DNA from: Ramazzottius varieornatus | Lineage: Eukaryota > Animalia > Tardigrada | NCBI GenBank assembly: GCA_001949185.1 | Contig: BDGG01000011.1 | Coordinates: forward strand, 1,252,318 to 1,316,317 | Direction of reading: 5' to 3' | Length of the DNA stretch: 64,000 bases | Shown here: positions 25,564 through 38,531 of the stretch, in pieces | Layout: the number at the start of each line of letters is the position of its first letter | Position numbering within the stretch: the first letter of the stretch is position 1 | Notes under the pieces: model-generated | What the model saw: the letters and a program-made list of their open reading frames with translations, nothing else | Database searches by the model: none | What the model was told of the DNA's origin: nothing | Position numbers and translations under genes: made by a program

Positions 25564-27571
25564 GCCAGATCCATGGTCCAGTGCGAAATCGGCTCAAACT
25601 TCACGGTGTTTACCCAGTGAGCCTCAAATAATCCAATAGCAGCGAGCAACGTCCACCGTTGATCAAGTTCTTTGAATGAGTTCGCGTGACAGTTGCGTTG
25701 GCCCTGATGTTGGTTTCTAGCACTCGTTCAGCGTTGTACCCCGAACTAACTACTCGACGGGGGTTGATCTGTCGACGGCGACAGTTGTTCGGTCAATCTT
25801 AATGAGTACGATACTCTGGATTTATTGCATTCTAACCCGCGGCTTTCCTTGACAGCTTATAGTGTATGGGTATCGAAGTACACAAGATCTCTCGCTGTGA
25901 CAGTAAGCCGTGTTAACAGAGAGATGGGTTTAGCGACGTACGAAATTCCGTGGTAAACCCGCACTAGCACGGGAACCACCTCAGGAAAATTAAAACACGC
26001 GTCAGAGCGATTAGTCTCAAGGCGTTCTCGCTGCCGAGACAGCTTCAATTGGTCTCACAGTACACCGCTCACTGCGTGATTTCTGGGCGTCGAAGGTCAA
26101 CTGCGCCTGAATATAAAACGGATTAATGGAGCGCCATGGAACCTTCATCGAAGATACACAAGGCCTTGCGACTATTAGAGAGACTAAGACGGAAGGACGC
26201 GATAGCAGAGACAAGCATTTTCAAAAGCTGCACGACCAAACGCCACTTTAGATTTACTGGCTCGCTCTGCAATCCTAATCCTCAAAATCCCTCAGGGTAG
26301 GTGCTGTATTTATTAGCGCCAAACCAACACGACATGAAGCGTTCCTTTATCGTATCTGACGCTTTACGCTTTTTTTGGCCTAAATGAAGACGTGGGTAGC
26401 CAAACAGTAGTTTCATTTCAGCGGGGTTCTTTTGTGATAAACCACACATTCGAATCAGAAGGCGCAGTTATGCAAAGTGGAAAGCAGATTGCTCGTCGAT
26501 CAGCTGAACGTCAGGCAAGAAGGTGCCGATGCCTGCAGGTGTCGATACCTGCAGAACTATAACATAAAGGGTTCCTTCATGTATTGTACCGAAGATTCTG
26601 TCAGCCAGTGCGTCATGGCCTTCTATGAACACACTTTGCCTCAAAGCTAACGCATGAATATAATTGATCGAGACCGGAAATTGTACCGTTCTGGCATTTT
26701 GAACGATTTATACGGAGAGTCGTGAAAACGCTTCTTTCCATTTGAGTGGATGCAATTAGAGCTTGAAAACTTGACAGACCATTGGCTACAAAACCACACA
26801 AGGCGGCGCACGATGCCAACAGAAAATAAAACTTTTGGTTCCCTCCTCCTCGGCTTCGCTGTTCCGATCACTGAAAAGGAAACAGCTGATAATTTCACAC
26901 ATTCGAATCTAATCAGGAGTGGCTTAGTCTGGCGCCAGTTTTCATCCTTGTATTCTGCTAAGTTTCCATTTTCCATTGGCATCCACAACAACTTTTGCGT
27001 TTTTCACGGCCATTTTCTAAAATTCGTTTCTCGGTTTTGCGTGAGGTTCTGTGGTATCTTTGCTAAATACAGTTAGAACAGAGACCTGGCTACAGAAAAC
27101 ACGTGGACAGCGCGGATCTCCCGTTCGGGACAACTATAATTTATCCCGCAGAAGTAGGTTCCCTGGCAGAATGTTCGAATCTGAAAGTTTTAATTCATTT
27201 GCCCAGTGAGCTTGGCACTTCTGCGATGTGCTCTGATTTTTCATTGCAGTCCGGATGGTCGCGTATTCGGTGAGATCAAAATTAGGCTTGACACTCGAAC
27301 ACAGAATTTTACAGACGACGTTTCGATCAGGAACAGAGGTTTTCCTTACCGGAAGTCATACTGATCAGTCGAAAGACCTCGAAAAGTTGTATATGAAATA
27401 CGGGAATATGAGTTGAAAAGGCACAAACCGAATTTTTGAAGCACGTCGTTTTAATTGGTAGCACGTTGGCCGGAACGGGCTGTACATTACAATTACACAG
27501 ACCAACTGCGTGTAATGCTCATCATTACACGCTTGGCCTTTTCAGTGATCAGGACCACTCGCTAGTGGCAT

Positions 27572-27752
27572 TCAGAGCCTGGCCGAGCTAGGTCGCGCCC
27601 AGGTTTCCTTGACGTCAACAAGAGTTCGTTCAGATCGATTCACCGATTGTGATAATATACCGACACGCTCAATTAAAACCGTCCATCAAATGACATTTTT
27701 TATTAGGGTGACGTCGAAAAACCTGGGTGCGGCCCAGGTCGCCCAGGATCTG
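27572..27752. mobile_element. Short MITE with about 45-bp imperfect TIRs
   Basis: CAGAGCCTGGCCGAGCTAGGTCGCGCCCAGGTTTCCTTGACGTCA versus the reverse complement of TGACGTCGAAAAACCTGGGTGCGGCCCAGGTCGCCCAGGATCTG. Confidence 0.55.
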
Positions 27753-28153
27753 GTGGTATTCATCCCCTAACCAGTAACACTCAAGCAAGAACTATGCCGG
27801 GACTATGATGACACGGAGTAAACGAGAGACTTCAGCTCTACCGTATAGTCATCTGTCTTTCTGCCGGTAGGGCAACAAGCTAGCAAAGCATGCAGTATAA
27901 TCTGGCCGCCTGGTGCCGGATAGCGGTTGGGAGACTAGTAACCTTTGCTGTAAACACAAGACAAACGAGGACGATTGTCTCTCTGGACTAAGCTTAAACA
28001 AGCTAACATGATTTATATAACGTGCAGTGGCCATAATCACTTGCGAGCCATGCGACGGCCATAAAGAACTGAATCTGTGAGGTTCAATCCGCCGCTTAAA
28101 CCCTTGAAATGCTTCAAAAAGCATAAAAATGGCATTTGAAATTGGCATTAATA

Positions 28154-29418
28154 TTAGGTGCGGAAGTATGACTTGTCCCCTTGACCTCTGCCAAAGTTGA
28201 AATTTTTTCCTGACGCTATACCTCAACCTTTTTGATCAACTTACACACCCGTTCTAGCACGGAACTACCGAGATTTTTTTGGGAGACATTTCGTTCCATT
28301 GCTGCGAGAGACTGGGAGAAGAGGGACAATAATCTCCGTAATGCCACTCTTCAAACCCACTTCCGGGAAAATTTCTGTCTCGCTGGAGAAGGTCTAATGT
28401 CTTGAGCAGGTGATAATCCGTTAGCAGGAGGATCCTACTATACGAAGCCTGAATTGGAAATTCCAGTTCCTGTTCCTGCAGTTTGCGGCATTGTTTTGTT
28501 CAAAATGCATTCCGGAGCAGACATGCAACAGTAGTGGGTCCAGTCCGTGAATTAGTTTCGTTTGTTTAACGGGAATGTTTCCAGAAATAATGCCCGTTCC
28601 AAGGAGGACCAGAATAAGGTTATCGCACTGCTGGATGAAAGAGAATTATAGCGGTCAGACGTGTGAGGTGGCCATCAATATGAGATCATGGTTCTCTTTT
28701 AGCGCAGCTCACGGCTTCAAATCTCATGCGGTGGTTTGCCTTTGTCAAAATATACCATATGTCTCGCTTAGAAATCTTCTGTAGAGTGTCCGTGTTGTCA
28801 CCGGTAGCAATCCGGTCTGCTACCGGCTAGTTGATGTTTGCAATTCAGAGAGGGAAAACAGAAAAACTCTGCATTATTCTCGGGGTGCGCGAAGTAGGTG
28901 GGGTATCGAATTCTCTTGTCTTTTCGCTCTCCTCGTCTTATTTAAATTTACCATGAGACTTTGGGGAGGCACATTTCAGTCCCGTGAAAATTACACAATA
29001 GTTTGGGGAGAATCGGGTGCGACATGATCGGTCAACACATTGTCGTCCGCTTTCGACTTCAGTTTTCCGTAAGGGTAACTTTCGAATGTAAAATCCCCAG
29101 AACGAAACCGATCAACCCCATTCCCCACGGTGAAACTGTTGGGTGTTTCATCATTAAACACAGATCTTGTTTTGTCCGCGGTGCGAGATGCCTCGATAAA
29201 ATTCAAACACCAAAATCCCCGAAATTTCCCTGATGCATGTCTCCGTCAAAATAATTTCTGGCTTACTCCAGAGCTGAGAAACCTGAATCAGTGGAATATC
29301 AAACAAGGGAAGGAGTTGGTAGACTGATTGGAGAAAATTTTCAGAACGAAAGGACGAGAGGGGGCAGAACTATGAATTTTCGAAGTCACGGTACGTCAAA
29401 TCATACTTCCGCACTCAA
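28154..29418 (-). mobile_element. Second decayed mariner copy, same family as 9615-10898
   Basis: TA|TTAGGTGCGGAAGTATGA ... TCATACTTCCGCACTCAA|TA; HTH remnant DRFRSGDFTFESYPYGKLKSKADDNVLTDHVAPDSPQT; colinear with the first copy. Confidence 0.9.
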
Positions 29419-30076
29419 TATTATCCTCGCCACTTGAACGAACCTTCGGCTGCTTTTATGCCGTGGACTTCTGGGACATTCTCGTAGAGAACTAATCGAG
29501 AAAGAATTGCTCGGTATGTAGCCGCTGCATGGAACAGCGTACTGTTTTGCCACCACAAACATTAGGTTTGTCAGTCGGAGCAAAGCGACGACTCCATAAG
29601 TCTGTCCCAACTTACATGAGAGAGAAAAGTGATGAAGCTTTCTGAAATTGCACATTTTGTATTGTGAAATGATGCGCCAGCTGGTCCGTGTACCAGAAAG
29701 CGGTTTCAGCCAAGATACTGTAGTAGGCAGATCTAGAAATGTATTCATCTTCTGGTAATAGCGCACCAGGTAAAATGGCTTCCTAAAGTACAGAATGGGC
29801 TTCACATTTGGAGCTGCATGTTGTTGGAAATCCGCCTGGCAACATAGTTATGGTTGCGCTTTCTGCCAGAACAATGTCAAAATCTGTTTAAAACAGCTCA
29901 CGCGTCACGTTTACAGTATTCTGTTTTATCTTTGTTCGCTTTTTGGCTAAGAGTAATCTGGAAATCTTGTAATACGTTTTGTACGAGTCCAGTAGTACAT
30001 ATAACCTGTCATAGAATCTGCGAACCTTATTTTTTTCGGTAATCATCACTTCTTGAAGCCACCAAAAGGCTTTAGT

Positions 30077-30442
30077 ATGGTCAGCGGAGTTTATTTCACA
30101 CTTGTTGTGGCAACGAGTAGTTTTGTGGTCAGCCAGACCAACGCGCATTTCCCCTATTACAACAAGTAAGGTGGATATGGTGGTGGCGGTTGGGGCGGCT
30201 ATTATGGTGGAGGCTTCTACCCCGGTGGATATGTTCGAGACCCACGTCAACTGCAAGGTTACGAGCCCGGTTACCAGCCTGGCGGTCAGACATACCAAGG
30301 GGATGTGGCCTATCGTGCGCCCAACTGGTGGACCCAAGACCAGCAGAATAACGCGCAACCTATAATGCTGTCGTGGGCTGAAAAATGCAACGATCCCTTT
30401 CGTCGACAGGTGTATCGATCTGAATGTTTGCTACCTAGCTGA
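30077..30442 (+). pseudogene. Small secreted Gly/Tyr-rich protein gene with a premature TAA at 30167-30169
   Basis: MVSGVYFTLVVATSSFVVSQTNA-HFPYYNK*GGYGGGGWGGYYGGGFYPGGYVRDPRQLQGYEPGYQPGGQTYQG...WAEKCNDPFRRQVYRSECLLPS*; one frame throughout. Confidence 0.7.
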
Positions 30443-31330
30443 CAATCCAGTTTTGTTTTATAGAAACACAAGTGGTGGTTTTTGCGCTCAGCCATCTCTC
30501 GAATTATTCCCTATATTTCCGTCTTACTATAGCCAGATTATCAATTTTACGTTGTACAAACGCTCGAAGTGGTCGGTGTAAAATATGGGAGCTACATGAT
30601 ATTGTGTCGGCAACTAGACTTCATAACCGATACGAAGTGACCTACGCAATTCTACCGTGCTGACTGCACCTCAGAATTTTGTCATTCGCCTTCTCCACAA
30701 TCACTGTTGGTCATTCGGTGTCCGGTGTCGTGAAATAATTTTACCGGTGGGTACAGGTACTCCCGGCTTAGAATGCACTCCAATTCTGCGGTGTTAGGAT
30801 CTTCATTTCGATCTTCATCGATGTTTCCTCCCGTGGTAGTCTCTGAAGAAAATGTCGATGAAAATCGAAAACTTTCTTTGACTTACCTGAAACAGTAAAA
30901 GTGTTCAGGAGTACATTTATTTCGTTTTTGCTGCCGGTGACTCCATGCTACGCATGATACAAGGACCATTAGACACCCCAAGAACTTAGTGGTGCTATAC
31001 GGGGTAGACAATGGCTCCACGCTTCCAGGATTTTCTCCAGCTCCAGGGAGGGGTTCATGGCATCTCTTCCTGCTCTTCAGTACGAGCGAAGCGAGTCCTT
31101 TATAGGTCTGTCGAAAAGTCAATGTGTGTCGCAAATGGTGAAGCTTTCTAATATCGCAAACTCCGTTATGTAAAACGATGCGTGAGTTGACCGGGGTTGC
31201 AAAAACTTTTTATTCGCAATCCTAAGCAAACTCCATATGCCTGTCACAATGGGAGCATTGAGGAAAACATCCGACCACGAGAAAGACTCTGCCCGTTTTC
31301 AGAAGTCTTCCGCAAACAAACATTGGCAAC

Positions 31331-31387
31331 AAGGGGGGAAGGGGGAAGGGGGAACGGGGAAGGGGGAAGGGGGAAGGGGGAAGGGGG
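31331..31387 (+). repeat. (AAGGGGG)n tandem repeat, about 8 units; G-quadruplex-capable
   Basis: Directly visible run of G4-G6 tracts. Confidence 0.9.
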
Positions 31388-32141
31388 TCAGAAGAGCCTG
31401 ATTCGTCATCTTCCTCATTTGTTTGCTCTTTTGTTGTTATCGCATTCGCTCAGCCTTCCCAGTGGTCAGGACCACTATCTAGTTACAGTAAGCTGAGAGA
31501 CATACCTATCAGGTAAAAGCATCAAAACGAACATGGCGTCTGCTCGCCCTGACCGTTCCCTCGTTGGTCTGGTCTCCACACTGGTCAACCGCAGCTTAGA
31601 TCGTGCTGTCCTACGGTTCAGTCCAAATCACCTTCATCCTCTATATCCCTTCATGCTGTATCGTCCCAATCGTCGGTTGAGTTTGCCGCGCAGGAATCAA
31701 GTGCTACAGTCGGGACGAGCATCAATAGAACCTACAGTCACGCTCATCGGTCATGGGCACCCATGGCCTTACATTACTTCCTTGTATCTCCTGAACCCGC
31801 AGTCCAACTTGCGTGATTGAATCAATAAGCACATTAAGTTGCCAGTCCCCGTTCACGTTCCTACTGTAGCTAAGGCTTGCTCCGCCCCTTTTGTGACGTG
31901 TAACTACAATTTGTTTCCCGGAGCTCCCCTTATTTTCCGAAAATAAGGGGAGTCGGAATTCCGGTTAGATAGCATTGGGAAGCATGATGGCTGCCCAACT
32001 ATTCAAGGTTGTGGCTCAAAAATCGATTTTTGATTTCGCCATAAATTCATTTCATGGTGATCATTTGACGTTCCTGCTCTTTGTTGTACTATTATTTCTT
32101 GTACAGGGTCACAGGTCTTCCTTAGGGGAAGGAAAGTGAAC

Positions 32142-33098
32142 ATGGAGGGCGAAGAAGAGTTTTCTGTCGACGCTGCATTGGCAGTGGGATCCCCAGCATC
32201 GGTGACAAGCGGAGGAGCTGCAGCCAAGTTAGCACGACTACAATGGGACGAGGACAGCCAAGTTTGCCTCCTTCGTCAGTATCGCACCACAGTGGAAGTT
32301 TTCGCAGGTACCGATACAGAAATGTGGAATGATATATTCCAGAAGCTCAGATCAGCGGGGATGAAGCTGAAGACTGCCCGTTCTGCCAGGCGTTCAAGGC
32401 ATCGAATCGCCTTGACGAGTAGAAATCGGGAGATCCCGGGATCTTCACAGAAAAAGAGCAGCTGTTGGTTGAGCTAGTCAACTATCTCAAAGAGCATGAA
32501 GGGAAGCGTCGAAAGAAGCAGTCCGTCAAGAAGATGCTGGAAGATGAGAAGCAGTCGCGCAAAGACAAGAAGATGATGGACGAGACCACCTTCAGCAAAC
32601 GTCGCTTCAATGGAGCTCGTGAGCTGACTCCTGATCCTCTGGACGGTAAGTTTTTCGAGTTTCAGGTAAGATCGCGCTGCCATTACTGAGATGGGTATTT
32701 AGGTGAAATGGCGAGAGATTACAACAGGTATCAGATCCCAGGTGCAGCACTTGACCCAGGTCAAGTGGCGCACATGAAATGTGTTGCTTTTAGGTGGGAA
32801 GTCGGACGAAGAAGTCACCAATACACCGAAGCGTGAACGTACTAGCTATAATCACATGATCAGAACTTTCTTGGACGGTTCTTCAGATGTGAAGATGAAG
32901 GAGCTGCGGCTCAAGCAGGAACAGCTGGAAGTGGAGCGTGGCCGTGAGTCTCGTCTGGCCGAAGAAAACAAGATGAAGTACGATCTGGAACTCAAGCGAA
33001 TGGAAGCTGACAAGCAGAAGGACGAATCTAACCGTAAGCGAGATGAACTGATGGCTGCTGTCATGATGGAAGCGTTGAAAGGTCTGAAGAAAGATTGA
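32142..33098 (+). pseudogene. Harbinger Myb/SANT-like DNA-binding protein with C-terminal coiled coil; frameshifted
   Basis: LQWDEDSQVCLL...EMWNDIFQKL (Trp-spaced helices); frame break near 32390; intron about 32646-32793; ELRLKQEQLEVERGRE coiled coil. Confidence 0.75.
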
Positions 33099-33343
33099 GC
33101 ATCGCTTCGAGATAAGCTCTACAGGTGAATTTATACCTGCGTACTTTCCTACCTTTACCAAACGTCCTGACATTCCTTGCCTTATACTGAAGTCAATAAG
33201 CAAGGTACTCTCGCTTCTTAGACTTAATTCGTAAGGCTGTTTTTGATCAGAATTGTGTTGTACCAGATTCGTTTCGCGATGCGTGGCATAAATAACAGCA
33301 TAACGAATCGGAAATGCGCCACTTTTACGGGAACCGGAAACCG

Positions 33344-33439
33344 GTTGGGCAACTTCGCCGGCCTGTAGTTGGGCCACTTCGCCGGCCTGTAGTTGAGTAA
33401 TTCCGCCGGCATTTACTTTGGCAACTCTACCGGCACGTT
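33344..33439 (+). repeat. Four degenerate 24-bp tandem units between the two Harbinger genes
   Basis: GTTGGGCAACTTCGCCGGCCTGTA, GTTGGGCCACTTCGCCGGCCTGTA, GTTGAGTAATTCCGCCGGCATTTA, CTTTGGCAACTCTACCGGCACGTT. Confidence 0.75.
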
Positions 33440-33595
33440 TCGCGGTTTCGACCACTTCCAGCACACAATATAAGGATAAAACGATACTAAGCCGCTCGAG
33501 TTCAGACGGGTACTAGGATTCGCGAGACGTGTCATGTAGCCCACTATTGGATGAAGCCAGGACTTCTTTCGGTTTGCGAGATATGTCTTTTGATT

Positions 33596-34787
33596 TTAAT
33601 GTTCCTGGTTTTTCAAGTACTGCTCCAGAGACGGAGGCGCTACATCGAAGAAATCCGACACCTTGCCTGCATGACCGAGACAGACTCTACAGTTAGTCGA
33701 AAGTGTACCAATGGTTTATAACGTTCCGACTGGCTGCCACAGTATTTTCAAATTCTTAGAAATAATCCAGAAAGGCGAACTGCTGAATGACTTCCCCGAA
33801 ACCCCATTCTACAGCAATGCGTACTCCTGCCATGGCCTTGTTAAAGTCTGTTTCTTCCTCGGACAGCTCTGCAGCGCCTGCGCGAAACGGAGCTTCTAGA
33901 TATTCGGAGATCGGATATGCAGGATCTCCATAAAGACGGTAAACTGCCCCGACTTCGGCCATCTCGTTCTTGAGAAGGTCCAGCAGTCCGTTTTCAGCCA
34001 GCATCCCTGAAACATAATTTTATCAAATTGGCAAACAAGCTGGGCAAGATCGTTTCCCAAGCGGCGCACGCTTTCAACTAGTGGCACTGACGACCTGCGC
34101 CACTTGGGCTAAACATAACATGAGCCAGCTACCTGAATCATGGCGTCTGCCAGGCCACGGCCCGTCCAGGTTAACAACCAATCCATCAGGCGCCATCACG
34201 GACTGGAACTTCAAGCCATGCAGACGGTAGTGGCCACTGTAGATGGTTTTCTGATCGACTTTCGGTCGGCAACAGGGACGAAAAGTTTCGTCGATAAAAC
34301 CCCACACAGCGCGAATTGGTACGCCCTTTCGTCGTACTGCTTTGCAGAAGAGAGAGATGTCTGCTGCTTTGAGCCAACACAAATCTAGGGATGTGAGAAG
34401 ATGCCCGAACTTCGATTCCACGTGACCTACAATCCAGCTGAAAGCCATTGATAACTCCGGTTTGCTTCGCCGATAAATTAGCTTGAGGGTGGTGTATCGG
34501 CTGGGATAGACAAGTCGTCCAAGGAGAATACAAAGGATCTCAACTCCATCAAACAATGATTTGTTCTCCAGACTAACAACATCAGGTATGCCGAAACCTT
34601 CTTTCAAGCGAGGGATGTTTTCTCGTATGAAGCGAAACCATTCCCATACATCCGAATCATCTATCGCGTTTAAGTCAAACGGCATCCTCAGTGGCCTCTC
34701 CACCTTCGGTAGGGACAGCATCAGAACAGTTTCCTCATAAGACAAAGCTTTGGACATCAGAAGCACACAAGTTGTTTTTGTATCCAT
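33596..34787 (-). pseudogene. Harbinger (HARBI1-like) DDE transposase with one intron; C-terminal frameshift and stop
   Basis: WGFIDET, YSGHYRLHGLKFQSVMAPDG, GRRHDS|GML, LYGDPAYP, VRIAVEWGFGEV, FAFLDY (+1 shift near 33760) KNLKILWQPVG...PPSLEQYL. Confidence 0.88.
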
Positions 34788-37411
34788 GGTTCAAGCGTAT
34801 CCGCGAAGGAAAATAAGCTTCGGAGAAGAAGAAAATATCGGAAGCAAACTCAATTTGCTTGTTCAGCCTAGCTGCAGGAAAGTTTAGCGTGCGTGATAAC
34901 TTGACCTACAACGAAATCTTCACATACGATTCCGGTTCCGCTTGTTAGCTACAGTCGGAGAGTGAACGGGGACTGGCAACTTAATGTGCTTAATATCCCG
35001 TAGAAAACAGCTTCAAATTCTCGATCACGTGACAGTCCAGTCAACCATTCAAACAATCAACCAGTGAGCGCCGGTGGGCGGACAGGGAAATGAGGGTCAT
35101 ATTTGGCTGCTTACCTCTCGTCAAGTGACAGGTTTATGGGATAATCTAAACGGCCAAAATGTAGTCCAAACATCATTGTCTAGACAGCGGCAAAAAAGTT
35201 ATCTCCCGCAAAAAGTTCCTACGAAAATTCTGAACTAGAAATCTATGCTTGTTTGAGAGAATGAATCCTGTGATGTCGGGGGATATTGGGCTTGTAGAAG
35301 TCGGATGAGCACGAAGGGACATATTCAAACTCAAAGCGTTCCTTCCGTAAAAACCATTGCAAAGTTGGCCGCTGAGCAAAGCAAGACGTGGCCTCTCGCA
35401 CAGGTTTATCGCATGGCTATAAACTTAGACATACACCAGACCATACTTTGCAAGTCCTAGAACTCAAGCAGAAGAACATACAATGTCGCTGTCTTTTTAC
35501 GCATAGTCAGTGTCCGGAGTGCTTCACCAAGCCGCGTATATCGTCTGAGCTTGTGAACTGCTGTGCTGAATTACAGAAGTGGTCTTAGGACTACCCCCAT
35601 AGCTTTCCCTAGTAAAAACATTTATCAACGTACCAGAACCACATCGATGCCCGTACCCAGGGGTCAAGGCCATCAGTTACTGATTAAGAACTTTTATTGG
35701 TTTTCGTTTTCAAATTTCGAGAAACGTAAAACAAAAAAGAAGTCTAGCATAAGTTAGACTTTCTGGTTCCGAGTATCCAAAATATAAAAGATTTGTTCAA
35801 GACCACGACAGAATCAGTTACTTACTTCTACAGCCGTGCGTGAACGTAAACATCACAATGATCCTTGTGAATAGAAGCTACTCTTACGGTCTTACCACGA
35901 GGGACTCAAATTATGCAATTGAATTCGATCTGCAATAAGCAAGCGTGGTATCCCCACCTGTAGACGGTAACGAATCAGTCTGCTGGACCAGCACTTCCGC
36001 CTCGTGGAAAGGGCAGTCATTCGCCCTGAGGCTGTCTGGACAAACGTTACCACGCTATAGCGTGACCAAGAGCGGTGTGTCGCGTGACCTAACCGTTCAC
36101 TTCATTGGCAACCGGTGATGGCCATGGGGTGAAAACGCGACTTAACGTTAACATCGGTTGACTAGCGTGTGCTTTACTGGAAGAACGCGGATGTGACTTT
36201 GCCGGAATGGAGGCACTCGTAATTCGGATGCGACGCGAATCCCAATGCCCTCTTTATTGATTAGGGAACCAGTACAGGAAATTTTGGATGGGCGGGTGGA
36301 AGAACTCTTCTCGTGTGGCGAAAACGAGAAGCAAAACGAATGAAATGAGGTTTGCTCGTCGGCATGAAACATCATCGAGAAGAATGTAGGCTATGTTGAA
36401 CAGAGAGAAGGAAGTACAGATAAGGAACCCGATATCGTGAACGAAAAGCCAAATGTAGCGTAAGAATGTGAAACAGCGGGAAAAGGAAAGAAGGAAGGTG
36501 TGGTGGGATGAGAGACCAGTGGATGGCACACGTTAACCAAAATTAAATCCGATTCAATTTTTATCACTCTTAAGATGTGCATGACGTTACATGCATTTTA
36601 ATTCTCGTCCCCTATTGACAAAGGAAGACGTGACCTGTGCCGCGACATCCTTCTTAGATCTCGAAGAAACGTTCAATGATGAGAAAGAGAAGATCCTGGT
36701 AAAGAATTCACACTTGCTTCTACAAGCAGAAGATACCGTAGCTTTGGCAAAACCGTCCGCGAGTATCTTGAGTAATGAGAACGTCATGAACGGAAATGTA
36801 AACGAAAACATAAAGGAGTGAAAAATGACCGGATATCGTCCTCAACCACCGGCACCTACAGTAGCTAGCTCCGCGATACATTTTAGGTCCTAACATTGCT
36901 CTTGTGTGATCAGAATTCTCATCTGCGGTATTGTTGGTGAATCAAGGTGTTAATTCGAATATAGCCTGTGTATCCATCAGGACGCTGGTTATGCAATTTA
37001 ATCTCGGATGATGAATCTAGATGACGTGTATCGGTATTCTTGTTTTGCTGAAAGGAGTGATCCGGGAACCAACTCCAGGCCGGACGTCGTCGTGGCGCGC
37101 TGATCAGGCGACTATCCTCTGAAATGCCGCGCCTTTGACGGCACCTCCAACTGGAATGCCTTTTGTCCGGTACAACCAATACCAAATAATTAAGCGAAGC
37201 ATGACTTCCGGCGGTAGCTGTCAAGTTGATTTATTCACTACGATATTAATGTTTAAATGAACAAACAGTCAACCAATTTCAGAGATGAGTTTTGAGCTTC
37301 GCGTGTTGAGATGTCGAACAAATTTGTTCAACAGGGATCTTCATTTTGCTTCCCATACTTCTGCCGCATGATTCCTCTGGTTCCTCGACATCTGTTTCCT
37401 TAGTCGCTAAG

Positions 37412-38531
37412 ATGACCGACATCTTCAACTCTAGCAGAAAAAATTATACCACTGATGATCCATCATCCGAAAGCCCGATCTTCGACAGTGTACGGGTCGA
37501 GTGGCGCATAGCATTTCTTGCTCTAAGGATCATGTCCGTCTTGAGCAATCTAGCGTTTGCTGTTGCTGTGTACGCAGACCGTACGTCCAAAGCGGGTCCG
37601 CGGCTTCTCATCGGCAATTTAGCCGTGAGCGGTTTTCTCCTCAGCTGCTGTCTGTTTCCCGTCAATTCACTTCAAGAGTGGATGCCGCCTGGTTTCGTCT
37701 CCTCACCCTGTTCCGTCATGTCGGTCGCTTTCTTTTTTGGTACAGCTGTCAGTTGGGCCGATGTCGGCTTAGCCATAAACCGTACGGTTGCAATCTGCTT
37801 CCCCTTTTATTACAATATTTTTCGGAGTCAAAAAGTCACTTGGCTGCTCATAGCATTCAGTTGGAGCCTGAGCATTGGTATAGCAGTGCTTACAGCAACT
37901 GAAACAGGTGTCAGGTTCTTGTACCTTCAGAAAATTTACTGCACTATCACGATCACAAGCCAGTTTGGCAAATTTTACACCGGGTTGGCCACGGTCATTC
38001 CTTATGTTCTTATTGGCACGGCTTCTGTTGGCATATTTGTTGTGGCAAGGGTGAAGTTGCAACAGCCACAACCTGACGTTGTTGCCGCTGCTAGGACGAG
38101 ACGGTTGCTGAAACGACGGCTGGTGGTCGCTAAAGCCATGTTTGTTTCCCTGTTGTGGAGCTTGATCTGCACGTTACCAGTATTCATCATGATTTCGACC
38201 CCCGGTCCCGCAGAAGATGTCTGGAAAAAGAGCTGGCTGAACAACCTCGTCACAGTTGGCACGACCATGTTGTATGGGGGATATCCCGTAAGATACGGAT
38301 GCCATTCCTGCTCGGCTACGCGGCTCTAATAACTATTCCTTACAGATTATCTATTTCGCCATGAGCCGGCCATATCGGCAATACCTTCTACAAGCCGTCT
38401 GCCCTCGTCTGCGGAAGACTCGGTCTGTACAAGTCAAACCTTCAGCCCGCGGTGACGGCACCACCGTGCAGGATCAGAGATTCGTTCTCCAAACAAGAGC
38501 TCGTACTTTGACATACAATTCCGCCGTCTAG
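37412..38531 (+). CDS. Rhodopsin-class orphan GPCR, two exons (intron 38288-38345)
   Basis: Seven hydrophobic segments; LLIGNLAVS, LAINRTVAICFPFYY (DRY replaced by NRT), WSLICTLP, GYP|IIYFAMSRPYR. Confidence 0.9.

Larger units (their letters stand above)
31827..34991. mobile_element. Complete PIF/Harbinger-superfamily DNA transposon (3165 bp) with two convergent genes
   Basis: 30-bp perfect TIR AAGCACATTAAGTTGCCAGTCCCCGTTCAC; 3-bp AAT direct repeat on both flanks; Myb/SANT-like gene plus DDE_Tnp_4-type nuclease. Confidence 0.93.

Noticed and set aside
29888-30365. 156-aa minus and 87-aa plus ORFs
   Set aside because: Alternative frames of the Gly/Tyr-rich gene at 30077-30442
33344-33439. 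CRISPR-like spaced repeats
   Set aside because: Contiguous 24-bp tandem units with no unique spacers, no cas genes, eukaryotic context
36250-36821. Acidic, coding-like plus-strand stretch
   Set aside because: Multiple stops and no recognisable domain
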